A stretch of DNA of 64,000 nt from a virus, in IMG/VR virus record IMGVR_UViG_3300028840_002104, positions 21,819 through 85,818 of that record; one strand, written 5' to 3'. The notes below the pieces were generated by a model. The model ran no database searches and was not told the DNA's origin. It was given only the letters and a program-made list of their open reading frames with translations. Positions 19,199 through 28,309 of this stretch are shown here, piece after piece (positions within the stretch are counted from its first letter, which is position 1; each line of letters opens with the position of its first letter). The position numbers were made by a program, and so were the translations under genes.

Positions 19199-19326
19199 GT
19201 TATTGTATTGTCGAGATACTGTTTAGGTAGCCGATAGTGGCCCCCAACCCCAGGGAGGTGAGTACCATGTCTGAAATCCTGGTGTAGTGCTTCGATGGTT
19301 TGTTGGAATACTAGAAGGAGGAAAGT

Positions 19327-20292
19327 ATGCGGATGCGAACAAAAGAAGACAGTAGCAAAGATGTCAAGAAAACCTCTTACGAGGGAGTCTCCAGAGGGAA
19401 CATCAAGAAGATTGCCTTTGCTCTTGGCGTCAAGGTCATGACAGGCCATTCGGCCACGGATATTGCTCAGAACGTTCTCCAGAAGCTCAAAGACTACTCT
19501 GAGCTTTGGTCTACGCTTGGTGATGAGGAACAGGCCAACGCTCGTCTGATTGGTTACGAGCCTCCCGCAATTCGTGGAGGACTTCAAGAGGCTACTTCTG
19601 ATGGTGAAGACCTTCCCGAAGGAGTTCCTGTTTCAGGCTGGATGAAAACGGGTAGAGACGAGATTCAAGATGCGGTTAATGAGCAGGAACGTAGAGCCAA
19701 GATGCGGTCTGTTCCTAAGCTCTTTGTCCGAGACGGTGACACAGTGACCGTGGATGTTCTCAGAGATCCAGAGACTAGGGACCCCGGTGCTCTCTGTGCT
19801 CTCAATCTTCATGCAGTGAAGACGACAAGCGGCTGGAATTATTCTGTCTGCTCTCAAGGTACAAGAGACAAAGAGGGTAATCCTTGCCGTTGTGCTTTCT
19901 GCGAGAGCAACAACAAGAGGCTCAATCGGAAGTCTCTGAGAATGATCTACATGGTCGTGGACAGAGATGAGCGAGAGGGAAAAGACGGCAAGATCTACAA
20001 AGACCAGGTAAGGTTCTTTGAGACGGATACCAGGCTCCACAAGACGCTAGAGAGATTGGCTCAGAGAGGTATCCTAGATACGAACTCTATCGAAATAGGT
20101 AGACAAGGTGACAAGCAGGCCGCTTGGTCTGTAGTCCCCATCGGGAAGAGCGACTCTCCTGACAAGACGGAAGAGGCCAAAGAGCTTAGAGATAAGTTCG
20201 AGGATTTCTACAGGCCGCCGACTTACGCGGAGCAAAAAGAAATCATCGCTGATGTTCCTAGTTCAGGAGTTGCTGAGAGGGAGGCGAATTGA
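19327..20292 (+). CDS. gp32-like ssDNA-binding protein with N-terminal extension
   Basis: KLFVRDGD, H...C...C.FC Zn motif, YMVVDR, I.R.G....W; located between primase and polymerase. Confidence 0.6.
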   Translation: MRMRTKEDSSKDVKKTSYEGVSRGNIKKIAFALGVKVMTGHSATDIAQNVLQKLKDYSELWSTLGDEEQANARLIGYEPPAIRGGLQEATSDGEDLPEGVPVSGWMKTGRDEIQDAVNEQERRAKMRSVPKLFVRDGDTVTVDVLRDPETRDPGALCALNLHAVKTTSGWNYSVCSQGTRDKEGNPCRCAFCESNNKRLNRKSLRMIYMVVDRDEREGKDGKIYKDQVRFFETDTRLHKTLERLAQRGILDTNSIEIGRQGDKQAAWSVVPIGKSDSPDKTEEAKELRDKFEDFYRPPTYAEQKEIIADVPSSGVAEREAN

Positions 20293-20295
20293 GCA

Positions 20296-20613
20296 ATGGC
20301 TCTTATATGTGATTACTGCGAAGCTAACGTTACGGAAGACGACGTGTGCGAAGAGTGTAATGCTCATATGTGCTGTGACTGTACTTGTGTAGACGACGAA
20401 ACGGTTTGCAAGGAGTGTGGTACTGAGTGCGGCACGTGCGGTCTTCCTTTTGCAGGTCCTGACTACTGTGCTGAGTGCGGAGAAGATGTCTGCCCTGAGT
20501 GCATAGAGGACGATCTTTGCAGTTCCTGTGCTTATGCAGACGAAAGTACGGAGGATGATTTAGATGATGGAGAAAGACCCGAAGATTATCTCCCTTCCGA
20601 CGCAATCGACTGA
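20296..20613 (+). CDS. Cys-rich multi-CxxC acidic protein
   Basis: 18 Cys, mostly as CxxC pairs; acidic tail. Confidence 0.55.
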   Translation: MALICDYCEANVTEDDVCEECNAHMCCDCTCVDDETVCKECGTECGTCGLPFAGPDYCAECGEDVCPECIEDDLCSSCAYADESTEDDLDDGERPEDYLPSDAID

Positions 20614-20914
20614 GGAGACTCTTGAAGAGGAGCCCACGACGATCAGTGTCATTGTCAGATCCAGCAAAGGCGAAGAGAAGGTCCTGGAAGAAAAAGTGAT
20701 CGAATACGTTTTGGTCACTGGCACGATTGATGGCAATCTGAAGAGCCATACCAACTTGGCGATTGCAGATAGGATCTTGTTCCTGCTGGAATTGGGCAAG
20801 ACGATGCTAATCACGATACCCATGGTTCAGAAGATCTCAATGCCCGGGAAGAATAAGGTCGTGGTTCCTTCTAAGAGCGGCATAATGAACTTTGTGCGGA
20901 GAGGCAAGAAGTAA
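20564..20914 (+). CDS. Hypothetical protein
   Basis: SD GGAGG. Confidence 0.5.
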   Translation: MMEKDPKIISLPTQSTEETLEEEPTTISVIVRSSKGEEKVLEEKVIEYVLVTGTIDGNLKSHTNLAIADRILFLLELGKTMLITIPMVQKISMPGKNKVVVPSKSGIMNFVRRGKK

Positions 20915-20924
20915 ATTGCTGGTT

Positions 20925-22766
20925 ATGAATGACCAAACGCTCCAAATGGTATGTCGGGATTTACTGAAAGAGCCAGCATTCGCAATCGACACAGAGACCT
21001 ATGACCCATCAGTTACTCAGAACGCGCTTTCTTTACACAAAGCCAGGATACTGATGGTTTCGATCTGCTTTGGTGACTCTCCGTATAGAACGTATTCCAT
21101 TCCCACGTCGGCGCAGTCGCCGGATTTTCTTCCAACATATGCCGTGGTAAACGCGCTTTCAAAGGTCCTAGAAGATCCTTCTGTGCTGAAAGTTATGTGG
21201 AATGCGAACTATGACGTCAATGTCTTTTTGAACCATGGCGTGAGAACTGTTCGCTACTGTTGTGGAATGGTCATGGCGTGGTGTCTGGATGAGAACAAGC
21301 CAAAAGGTCTGAAAGATCGAAGCGTTGAAGTTCATAGGCATTTGCGGAAGACAAAGAATGTTGACTTTGAGGATACCGACGAACTAGCCATTTATGCTGA
21401 GCAAGACGCTAGAGCCACCTGGGATCTCTACCGTGCTTTTACGAAAGGCCAGATTGAGCTTTCTGAGGTTCCCAAGACAATGGTTTTGTCAGGAGTCAGA
21501 AAGAAGTTCTTTCACGAGCAAGAGATGCCTTTGGTAGATGTTGTGGTTTCCATGGAAAGACGTGGTATCCAGCTTGATGTGGACGGCATTCGCAAGACGG
21601 CCAAGAAGATGGAGAAGCGTCTAGACGATCTTGAGGATAGGATCTACACCGAAGCAGGCCACGACTTCAACATTGGATCTGGCCCACAGCTTGCCGGTGT
21701 TCTCTTTGATGAACTAGACCTCCCTGTCTTGAGGCGGACAAAAAAGACCTCTAGACCTTCTGTGGATAAGATGACGCTCTCTCTTTTGAGAAACCATCAT
21801 CCCATCGTTGACTTTGTTTTGGAGCATTCTGCTGTCAGGAAGCTCTACAGTACCTATGTTTGTCCTGAGAAGGATGGTCTACCCTGCGGTCTTTTGGCTC
21901 ATGCTGATATGGCAGGCGTTATTCATCCTACGATGAACACTGTGGGAGCTGTAACAGGCAGGTTCTCTGGGAGTCAGCCCAATCCTCAGAACATTCCGAA
22001 AGACGCGGATAGAGATGAATGGAAGATAAGGTCTAAGTTTATAGCGCGGCCAGGTCATTCTCTGATAGTCGCGGATAAATCTCAGATTGAGCTTAGGCTG
22101 CTTACGGTTTTCTGTCGTGACCCCTTACTCATGAAGGTTTACCAAGAGGGCGGAGATGTTCACCAAACGACGGCTGACACTTGCCGAGTCATAAGAGACA
22201 AGGCCAAGGCGGTCAACTTTGGTGCTGTCTACGGGCTTCAGGCTCGAAGTTTAGCGGCAAATCTCACGTTCTATGGTACTCCTACTACGGAGGCTGAGGC
22301 TCAAGCTCTCTTGGATAGCTTCTTCAACAAGACCTACAAAAAGATAGACCCTTGGCGTAAGTCTTGGATTAAGCTTCACAATGAGCGGGGTTTTGTTCCT
22401 CTGATTACAGGCAGGCCACGGCGCATTCCTGATCTTTTCTCAAGGAATAGGTTCAAGCGTAGCGTGGCAGAGCGTGAGCTGATTAACAACACTATTCAGG
22501 GAAGTGCAGCAGATCTGATGAAACAGGCCATGCTTCGATGTCATTTTGACAGAGAGCTTCGAGAGCTGGAATGTTTCATGCTTATCCAGGTTCATGATGA
22601 ATTGGTGTTTGAGGTTCCAACCGCGAATGCTGAAAAGGCGGCAAGAAGAGTTCGGGAGTTGATGTGCCAGCTTCCAGATGGCCTCATTTTGCCGATTGAC
22701 ATACCGATTGAAGTTAACGTGGCGATAGGCCCAAACTGGCGAGAAACGGAGAAATTGGCAGCATAG
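20925..22766 (+). CDS. polA: Family A DNA polymerase (3'-5' exonuclease + polymerase)
   Basis: AIDTET, NANYD, YAEQDA; TGRFS..PN.QNIP; motif A ADKSQIELR, motif B KAVNFGAVYG, motif C QVHDELVFE. Confidence 0.95.
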   Translation: MNDQTLQMVCRDLLKEPAFAIDTETYDPSVTQNALSLHKARILMVSICFGDSPYRTYSIPTSAQSPDFLPTYAVVNALSKVLEDPSVLKVMWNANYDVNVFLNHGVRTVRYCCGMVMAWCLDENKPKGLKDRSVEVHRHLRKTKNVDFEDTDELAIYAEQDARATWDLYRAFTKGQIELSEVPKTMVLSGVRKKFFHEQEMPLVDVVVSMERRGIQLDVDGIRKTAKKMEKRLDDLEDRIYTEAGHDFNIGSGPQLAGVLFDELDLPVLRRTKKTSRPSVDKMTLSLLRNHHPIVDFVLEHSAVRKLYSTYVCPEKDGLPCGLLAHADMAGVIHPTMNTVGAVTGRFSGSQPNPQNIPKDADRDEWKIRSKFIARPGHSLIVADKSQIELRLLTVFCRDPLLMKVYQEGGDVHQTTADTCRVIRDKAKAVNFGAVYGLQARSLAANLTFYGTPTTEAEAQALLDSFFNKTYKKIDPWRKSWIKLHNERGFVPLITGRPRRIPDLFSRNRFKRSVAERELINNTIQGSAADLMKQAMLRCHFDRELRELECFMLIQVHDELVFEVPTANAEKAARRVRELMCQLPDGLILPIDIPIEVNVAIGPNWRETEKLAA

Positions 22767-22775
22767 GAGGATACT

Positions 22776-23024
22776 ATGGAACGCACAAGAGAAGCGTCGG
22801 CACTAGAAGGGGAGTTGCGGCGAGAGCTTACTAGAATTAGAGGAGACCATGAGTCGGCTAAGATAGCCCTGGAGATTTTGGAAGAAGAGCCCACCCTAGT
22901 TGATGTTAGCTGCTACGAAAGTTTGGATCAAGCTCGAAGGGCAGTACTATTTCTTTCTAAGCGAGAGGAGAAGCTTGTACTGAGGCTTAAGGAGCTTGCA
23001 GACGAGAGTGAAATTGATAGCTAA
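22776..23024 (+). CDS. Hypothetical coiled-coil protein
   Basis: SD AGGAGG. Confidence 0.55.
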   Translation: MERTREASALEGELRRELTRIRGDHESAKIALEILEEEPTLVDVSCYESLDQARRAVLFLSKREEKLVLRLKELADESEIDS

Positions 23025-23027
23025 GAT

Positions 23028-23222
23028 TGGCAGCATAGGAGAAAGGCCAGCACGTGCGGCAATGGAATGCAGTAATGGATTGGACCCGCTGTAATTCGAG
23101 TCCCTGTTGGATAAAGACCTTAGTCGCGAGAGGTGCTTTTCCAAGCAGACTTGTCATAAGTCGGAGATCTTAGTGTTCTGGCGTCAAATCTAGCAAGATG
23201 TGCTTTTCTCCTACTGCTGCCA
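23028..23222 (+). ncRNA. Candidate ~195-nt structured ncRNA
   Basis: Ends pair over ~20 bp (TGGCAGCA-TAGGAGAAAGGC / GCTTTTCTCCTA-C-TGCTGCCA); several internal hairpins; no + strand ORF. Confidence 0.55.
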
Positions 23223-23239
23223 TTTGAAAGGATGAAGAT

Positions 23240-23473
23240 ATGCTTGAGAACATGAGTCCTGATGTTCGGCATTTTATTACGCCTCTTCTAGGTTATGGCG
23301 GAGGAAGACCTAGTTGTAGAACTTGTGCTTTTTGTGACGATGTTCAGGATACGCCAGGGCCTAACGGAGAGCCCGCTTTAGCTTGTTTTATTGTGTCAGA
23401 AGCGTTAGGTGTTTTTGCGACGGGGGCAGACAACTACTGCCAGAGATGGAAGGCTGTTCCAGAGACACCTTAG
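23240..23473 (+). CDS. Small Cys protein, HiPIP-like Cys spacing
   Basis: CRTCAFC...CFIV...NYCQRW; SD AAAGGA. Confidence 0.4.
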   Translation: MLENMSPDVRHFITPLLGYGGGRPSCRTCAFCDDVQDTPGPNGEPALACFIVSEALGVFATGADNYCQRWKAVPETP

Positions 23474-23490
23474 CTAAGGAGGATGAGAAG

Positions 23491-23694
23491 ATGGGCAAAT
23501 GGAAATTAGGAAAGAAGCCTCATCTAGGTATTGAGCAAGCTCTTTGGAATCAGTTTGCTGAAAATCTGGAAGAGAGTTCCGAGATAATCGGTTCGACTAT
23601 CGGAAGATCTGTAGCTGAAGCTTTGTCGGATCAACTGATGAAGACGCCTATAACCATAACCATTTCGGTGAAACCTGAAGGATTAGGTAGATAA
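23491..23694 (+). CDS. Hypothetical protein
   Basis: SD AAGGAGG before ATG 23491. Confidence 0.5.
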   Translation: MGKWKLGKKPHLGIEQALWNQFAENLEESSEIIGSTIGRSVAEALSDQLMKTPITITISVKPEGLGR

Positions 23695-23777
23695 CTTAAT
23701 GAGACCTGGTTTGATAGTTTGTTTTTGCTTGAGAGGTTGCCAACGGTCTCCAGGAGAAATAGATAGGAGGCTTGGCG

Positions 23778-24092
23778 ATGCCAACAAAGTCTACTGCTGA
23801 CATTAGGACGAAGTACAAGGCACGTTTGAGGGAAGTTAGAGAGAAGTATGGCTGCAAAACCCAGTCCGCTCTCGCGGAAAAGATGGGCATACCCAGACAG
23901 ATAGTCCAGCAGGTTGAATGTGGCCGTATCTTTCTTTCTTCCGCAATGGCGTTGTGGATCAAAGAAGTGACAGGCTGCTCTTTGGACGAGCTTTTCGAGC
24001 TTGTTGAGAAGGAGAAGCCTAAGTCTGCATCTTTTCAGTCCGCTTTGAGTTTTGGTTCAAGTCGTAGGAGAAGGCGAAAAGGTAGTGATTGA
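23778..24092 (+). CDS. XRE/Cro-family HTH regulator
   Basis: RLREVRE...TQSALAEKMGIPRQIVQQVECG...SLDELF; SD AGGAGG. Confidence 0.8.
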   Translation: MPTKSTADIRTKYKARLREVREKYGCKTQSALAEKMGIPRQIVQQVECGRIFLSSAMALWIKEVTGCSLDELFELVEKEKPKSASFQSALSFGSSRRRRRKGSD

Positions 24093-25221
24093 AGACATCG
24101 TTCTTTCGATTGAAGAGAAGTTTGGGAAAGGTGCCGTCCTTCCTGCTAGCGAAGCTAAAGGCTTGGTTATCAGGAAGTTTTCCACGGGCAGTATTGTTCT
24201 TGACTACGCGCTGAAAGGCGGCTGGCCCAAGGGAAAGATCGTAGAGATCTTAGGAGCTGAGTCGTCTGGTAAGAGTACGCTAGCCCTTATTGCTTCAGGA
24301 GAGTTTCAGAAAGAGCATCCTTCTGGAGTTGTTGTCTACCTTGATTTGGAAGGCACACTAGATAAGGCTTGGGCTTTGCAGCTTGGCGTTGATTTGGAGA
24401 GGCTCTACGTCGCGGATAACACTCATTTGGTAGGCGGTGAAGATGCAGGAGATTTCCTGGTTCGCTGGATGGAGGCGGGGAAAGACTCAGGAGAGCCCAC
24501 GCTCTTTGTTCTGGACTCTATTTCTGCTGCGGTTCCTCTTAGAGAGATCGAAGATGAGATGGGAAAAGCACAGGTTGCTCTCCATGCCAGACTGATAAAC
24601 AAAATGCTCAGAAAGCTTTTGGTCGGGATGCGGTATGACTTGTCCAGAGAGGAGCCTCCCTTTACTCTGATCCTAATCAATCAAGTAAGGATGAAGGTAG
24701 GTATGCCAGGCTACGGCAATCCCTACATCGGTACAGGCGGCCAAGGCAGGAAGTTCTTGGCTTCTCAGCGCATCTACTTGGTTAGAGAAGGCTTTGTTAC
24801 CTACCAGACGAAGGTTGAGGAAAAGACAGTCAAGCGAAGTATAGGGATAAAGGTCAAGTTTCGCGTCGAAAAGAACAAGACTGGTGGCCAGATGGGAGAA
24901 GTAGGTGTCTTTTCATTGTATACTCAGAAGAGAGGCTCTCTTCTTCCAGGAATGATTGATAACGGGAAGGAGATCATTCCTCTTCTGAAAGACCTTGAGC
25001 TGATTGAGAAAAAGAAAGGAAAGCTGATATGGGATGGCGTTCCATTTTCAGAAAGAAAGCTGACAGAACATTTCAGGACGAGTCGAGAGAGCCTTCAACG
25101 CGCCCGGTCGGTATTGTTAGGCGAGATAGGCCAAAGCCCAGGCCCTTCCCAGGAAAAGAAGGCGAAGAGGACGTCCAAGAAATCTCCCCAGAAGGGGAAG
25201 CCGTTGAAGTTCAAGCATTGA
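24085..25221 (+). CDS. recA: RecA/UvsX-family recombinase
   Basis: IEEKFGKG, STGS..LD.AL.GG.P.G, GAESSGKST, D.E..LD, VLDS, INQVR.K.G, TGG....F.AS, KNK. Confidence 0.93.
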   Translation: MIEDIVLSIEEKFGKGAVLPASEAKGLVIRKFSTGSIVLDYALKGGWPKGKIVEILGAESSGKSTLALIASGEFQKEHPSGVVVYLDLEGTLDKAWALQLGVDLERLYVADNTHLVGGEDAGDFLVRWMEAGKDSGEPTLFVLDSISAAVPLREIEDEMGKAQVALHARLINKMLRKLLVGMRYDLSREEPPFTLILINQVRMKVGMPGYGNPYIGTGGQGRKFLASQRIYLVREGFVTYQTKVEEKTVKRSIGIKVKFRVEKNKTGGQMGEVGVFSLYTQKRGSLLPGMIDNGKEIIPLLKDLELIEKKKGKLIWDGVPFSERKLTEHFRTSRESLQRARSVLLGEIGQSPGPSQEKKAKRTSKKSPQKGKPLKFKH

Positions 25222-25700
25222 AGGAGGACGCCTCTTTTGAAGACTTGGCCGAGTTGATAAAAGGTCAGGATATCTTCGAGGACGACAAGAAGGGCAGGAT
25301 GATTACCGCTCTGGTAGCCCTCCTCCAGGATTTCGGCAGAAGAGCAAGTGGATGCCTCACGTTTGACGGCTTGATTGAGAGCGTGGTTGTCAGGAAAATC
25401 CCTGCCAATGTGACGTTGACAACTGTTGCCTCAGCTTTCATGGAAGAAGGCGAGCATCGAATTCTTCTCAATATCATCTTTCTGCGAAAGGTAGACGACA
25501 AAGAAGAGACCGTCAGGCTGGAGAGATTGCCTTTGTTGGATGATGTCATTGAGGTAAAGCAGACGGCAAGGCAATTTAGGTTCATTAGGATAAATAGGTT
25601 TCCTTTGGTGGCTAGTGGGGCTCACCTGCTTGAGTTTGTGCTAGATGGTGAGTTGATGGCCAGGTATCCGTTTAGTGTGAGAACGGGGAGTCCGAAGTAA
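25218..25700 (+). CDS. Hypothetical protein
   Basis: TTGA overlap with recA; start uncertain. Confidence 0.5.
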   Translation: MKEDASFEDLAELIKGQDIFEDDKKGRMITALVALLQDFGRRASGCLTFDGLIESVVVRKIPANVTLTTVASAFMEEGEHRILLNIIFLRKVDDKEETVRLERLPLLDDVIEVKQTARQFRFIRINRFPLVASGAHLLEFVLDGELMARYPFSVRTGSPK

Positions 25701-27049
25701 TGCTTTTCAATGAAGATGTGGCCTTTGCTCCTCCGGTTGACCATGTTGTGGAGAAGAAGATTGTCAGGGTTCCTTCCTTTGCCCAAGGTGCCTATACGAG
25801 ACTAGGCGCACGTGTCCGAGGAGAGGTCAGTGGGGTCAAGAGGTTTCATTGGGGAAGCTACTGGCATACTCGTGATGGTTACGGCCAGTCTGCTGTCATA
25901 ATGGCGGAAGAGCTTCACAAGCGCGGTTATGAGATGGAGCTTCGCGATACCGGCAACGAATACCAGACCTTAGATTGCGCGGAGTCTCGATTGATCCAGA
26001 AGCTGCGGAAGAAGAGAGTCTCTGATCCTGATTTTGAGTTTGCTTTCTGCATGGCTCCAGACATGGGAATGTTAGATCTTACCTCGCCCTTCTTAGTTTT
26101 CTATTCGATGTGGGAAGCTACCGAACTTCCGAAGACGTGGATTCCATTTATTCGAGAGGCAGACACCATTATCACGCCTTCGGAGTGGGTAGCTTCCGTT
26201 TTTCATGCTGCGGTCAAGAATCTGAGCATTCCTGTTGTGGTGGTGAATGTCCCTCTTCGCTCGGAAGTCTACAAGTTTCGGGAAAAGGCTTTCCTCAAGA
26301 GAATGTATAGGACACTTTCTAAGAGGCGGCCTAAGCCTTTTAGGTTTCTTTTCGTGAGCACGCCCGTTAAGAGAAAAGGAATAGATGTTCTGATTGAGGC
26401 ATTTCAGCAGGCGTTTCCTGTTGAGGCTTTGGATAACGTGGCTCTCCACCTTCATATGCGAACAGGCCCTTTGAATAGGCACGTCTTTCCAGAGCAGGAT
26501 AAAGTAGCGGCGCGGGTTGAAGACGACTACAGAATTACTTACAACCTCAAGCCCATACCGTTGAGGAAACTCCTGAAGGTATATGACAAGCATGATTGCC
26601 TAGTTCACACTTCAAGGTCGGAAGGTTTCGGTCTCACTCCTTGTCAGGCTATGGCGTGTGGCTTGCCTGTGATCTGCACGAACGCTACAGGCTGTACGGA
26701 ATACGTGATGTCGCCTGAGCCCTACGCTTTTCCGATCAACATCTCAGGTTGGGAAAGCTGTGACCACGCATTCTACAAGGAAGGCGAGTGGTCAACTCCT
26801 GACGTGGGTCATGCGGCACATCAAATGAGGTATGTCTATGAGCACAGAGAAGAGGCCATGGATAGAGCCAACAAAGGCTCAAGGTGGGTTCTCAAGAATT
26901 TTGGCCGAGAGGCGACAGTAGCAAAGCTGGAAAGGGCGCTTGAATGGTCAAAAGCAGTACACAATTTGAAGATGAGGTCGCTGAAGAATTCGGCGGGAGA
27001 AGACAACTCGCATCAGGTTCCATCCCAGGTAGTCCGGGTGACGTTGTAG
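25700..27049 (+). CDS. GT4-family glycosyltransferase
   Basis: GYG, WEAT.LP, PS.W, RKG.DVL..AF, SRSEGFGL...QAMACGLPVI. Confidence 0.9.
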   Translation: MLFNEDVAFAPPVDHVVEKKIVRVPSFAQGAYTRLGARVRGEVSGVKRFHWGSYWHTRDGYGQSAVIMAEELHKRGYEMELRDTGNEYQTLDCAESRLIQKLRKKRVSDPDFEFAFCMAPDMGMLDLTSPFLVFYSMWEATELPKTWIPFIREADTIITPSEWVASVFHAAVKNLSIPVVVVNVPLRSEVYKFREKAFLKRMYRTLSKRRPKPFRFLFVSTPVKRKGIDVLIEAFQQAFPVEALDNVALHLHMRTGPLNRHVFPEQDKVAARVEDDYRITYNLKPIPLRKLLKVYDKHDCLVHTSRSEGFGLTPCQAMACGLPVICTNATGCTEYVMSPEPYAFPINISGWESCDHAFYKEGEWSTPDVGHAAHQMRYVYEHREEAMDRANKGSRWVLKNFGREATVAKLERALEWSKAVHNLKMRSLKNSAGEDNSHQVPSQVVRVTL

Positions 27050-27306
27050 TTTCGGATGAGTACCTGATTGAGTGCAAAGAGACAGATAAGACTCAGTTCA
27101 TTCTAAAACGAAGTATTTGGGGAAAGATAATAAAGGAGTCTCTTAGTCTGGGCTTGGTTCCTGCGATAGCTCTTCGATTTTGGGGTTGTAATCGAACAGG
27201 ATTTAGGCGAAGAGATCTTATCATTCTAGACAGACACGAGTTTCTTGCGTTGTTGGACGAACTCAGAGAGTACAGGGAGAGCGAAGATGCCAAGAGGCAT
27301 GAGTGA
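26944..27306 (+). CDS. PD-(D/E)XK nuclease, Holliday junction resolvase-like
   Basis: FE..VA..FGGRR..ASGS...PGDV....LIECK.T. Confidence 0.75.
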   Translation: MVKSSTQFEDEVAEEFGGRRQLASGSIPGSPGDVVVSDEYLIECKETDKTQFILKRSIWGKIIKESLSLGLVPAIALRFWGCNRTGFRRRDLIILDRHEFLALLDELREYRESEDAKRHE

Positions 27307-27538
27307 GATACGGAGAGCAGCCAAAGAAGGTCGTAAGGTCAAAATTCGTTATCTTCGGAAAGGTCGCGGTAGAGACAGAGATCGAATGGTCACCAGAACT
27401 GTTACCGGCTACGAGCGGAAAGGCCGCTACTTGTATGTTGACCACAGAGGCAGAACGAAGTCGTTTATTGCCTCTAGAATTCAGTCGGCGCGGATTGCAA
27501 AGACGAAAGCAGAACCTAAGTATCCAGTAAAGCTTTGA
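27287..27538 (+). CDS. Stand-alone WYL-like domain protein
   Basis: KVKIRY..K......RTV.GY......LY......KSF..SRI. Confidence 0.55.
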   Translation: MPRGMSEIRRAAKEGRKVKIRYLRKGRGRDRDRMVTRTVTGYERKGRYLYVDHRGRTKSFIASRIQSARIAKTKAEPKYPVKL

Positions 27539-27550
27539 AAGAAAAATAGA

Positions 27551-27766
27551 ATGCGAGAGAAGGAGAGGCTGAGAAATTCGATAATGCACCACGAGTTGTC
27601 AGATAATCAGGAGAACGACGTATCTGCGGTGAGGCAAGATGCCTACGATCTTGGTGAGAGCCTCTTAGCTTATTGCCCTGAGTGTAGGGAAAGGTCTTTG
27701 GCTATGACAAAGCTGGAAGAGTGTTTGATGTGGGCAGTTAAAGCAATTGCTTTGAATGAGGAGTAG
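27551..27766 (+). CDS. Acb2/Tad1-like helical-hairpin protein (putative immune-signal sponge)
   Basis: H......VR.....L......CP.CRERSLAMTKLEECLMWAVKAIA. Confidence 0.7.
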   Translation: MREKERLRNSIMHHELSDNQENDVSAVRQDAYDLGESLLAYCPECRERSLAMTKLEECLMWAVKAIALNEE

Positions 27767-27781
27767 TGAAAGGAGTAGAGA

Positions 27782-28309
27782 ATGGGAGAATGTTTCATGG
27801 TTTTGATCTTATGGTCAGATGGTTCAGTTACTCAGAAGGCCATGACTATTGATGATCTTGAGGACTTTTTCCGAAAGCAGAAGACAGAGGAATCCTACAA
27901 AGGCTCCCGGGTCTTCAGGTATGTCGAGAAAGAAGATGTCATAGGAGACTTTGAGGAGCTAGTGAACGGCAATTGGTCTGAGTTAGATCCTTCGAGAAGA
28001 GCTATTCAGGCAGCGTTGTCAAGTCTCCAGGAGGAAAGTCCCGAAAAAGAAGAAAGGACTTATCTGATCTTTGGTTGTACTTCTGGCCAGATCTATGTAG
28101 AGCAAGGATTAGTCTTTGTTCCGAAGGGAACAGAAATCCTTGAAGTTACAGGTTCTCAACAGGTAGTCCTCACGGATGTTGATCCTAGTACGATTGCTCG
28201 GACTTCGGTTCCTGGCGTTGGCCGCTGTATCTTTCTCCCGAAGGAAGCTTATAGGGATGTAAGAGCTACTGACTCAGGCACGCCTGCTCCGGTATTGAGG
28301 GGGTACTAG
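27782..28309 (+). CDS. Hypothetical protein
   Basis: SD AAAGGAG. Confidence 0.55.
   Translation: MGECFMVLILWSDGSVTQKAMTIDDLEDFFRKQKTEESYKGSRVFRYVEKEDVIGDFEELVNGNWSELDPSRRAIQAALSSLQEESPEKEERTYLIFGCTSGQIYVEQGLVFVPKGTEILEVTGSQQVVLTDVDPSTIARTSVPGVGRCIFLPKEAYRDVRATDSGTPAPVLRGY

Noticed and set aside
23028-23222. tRNA/tmRNA call (ends in ...GCCA)
   Set aside because: No T-arm next to the 3' strand and the terminal stem runs ~20 bp; kept as unclassified ncRNA. No tRNA was recognised anywhere in the window
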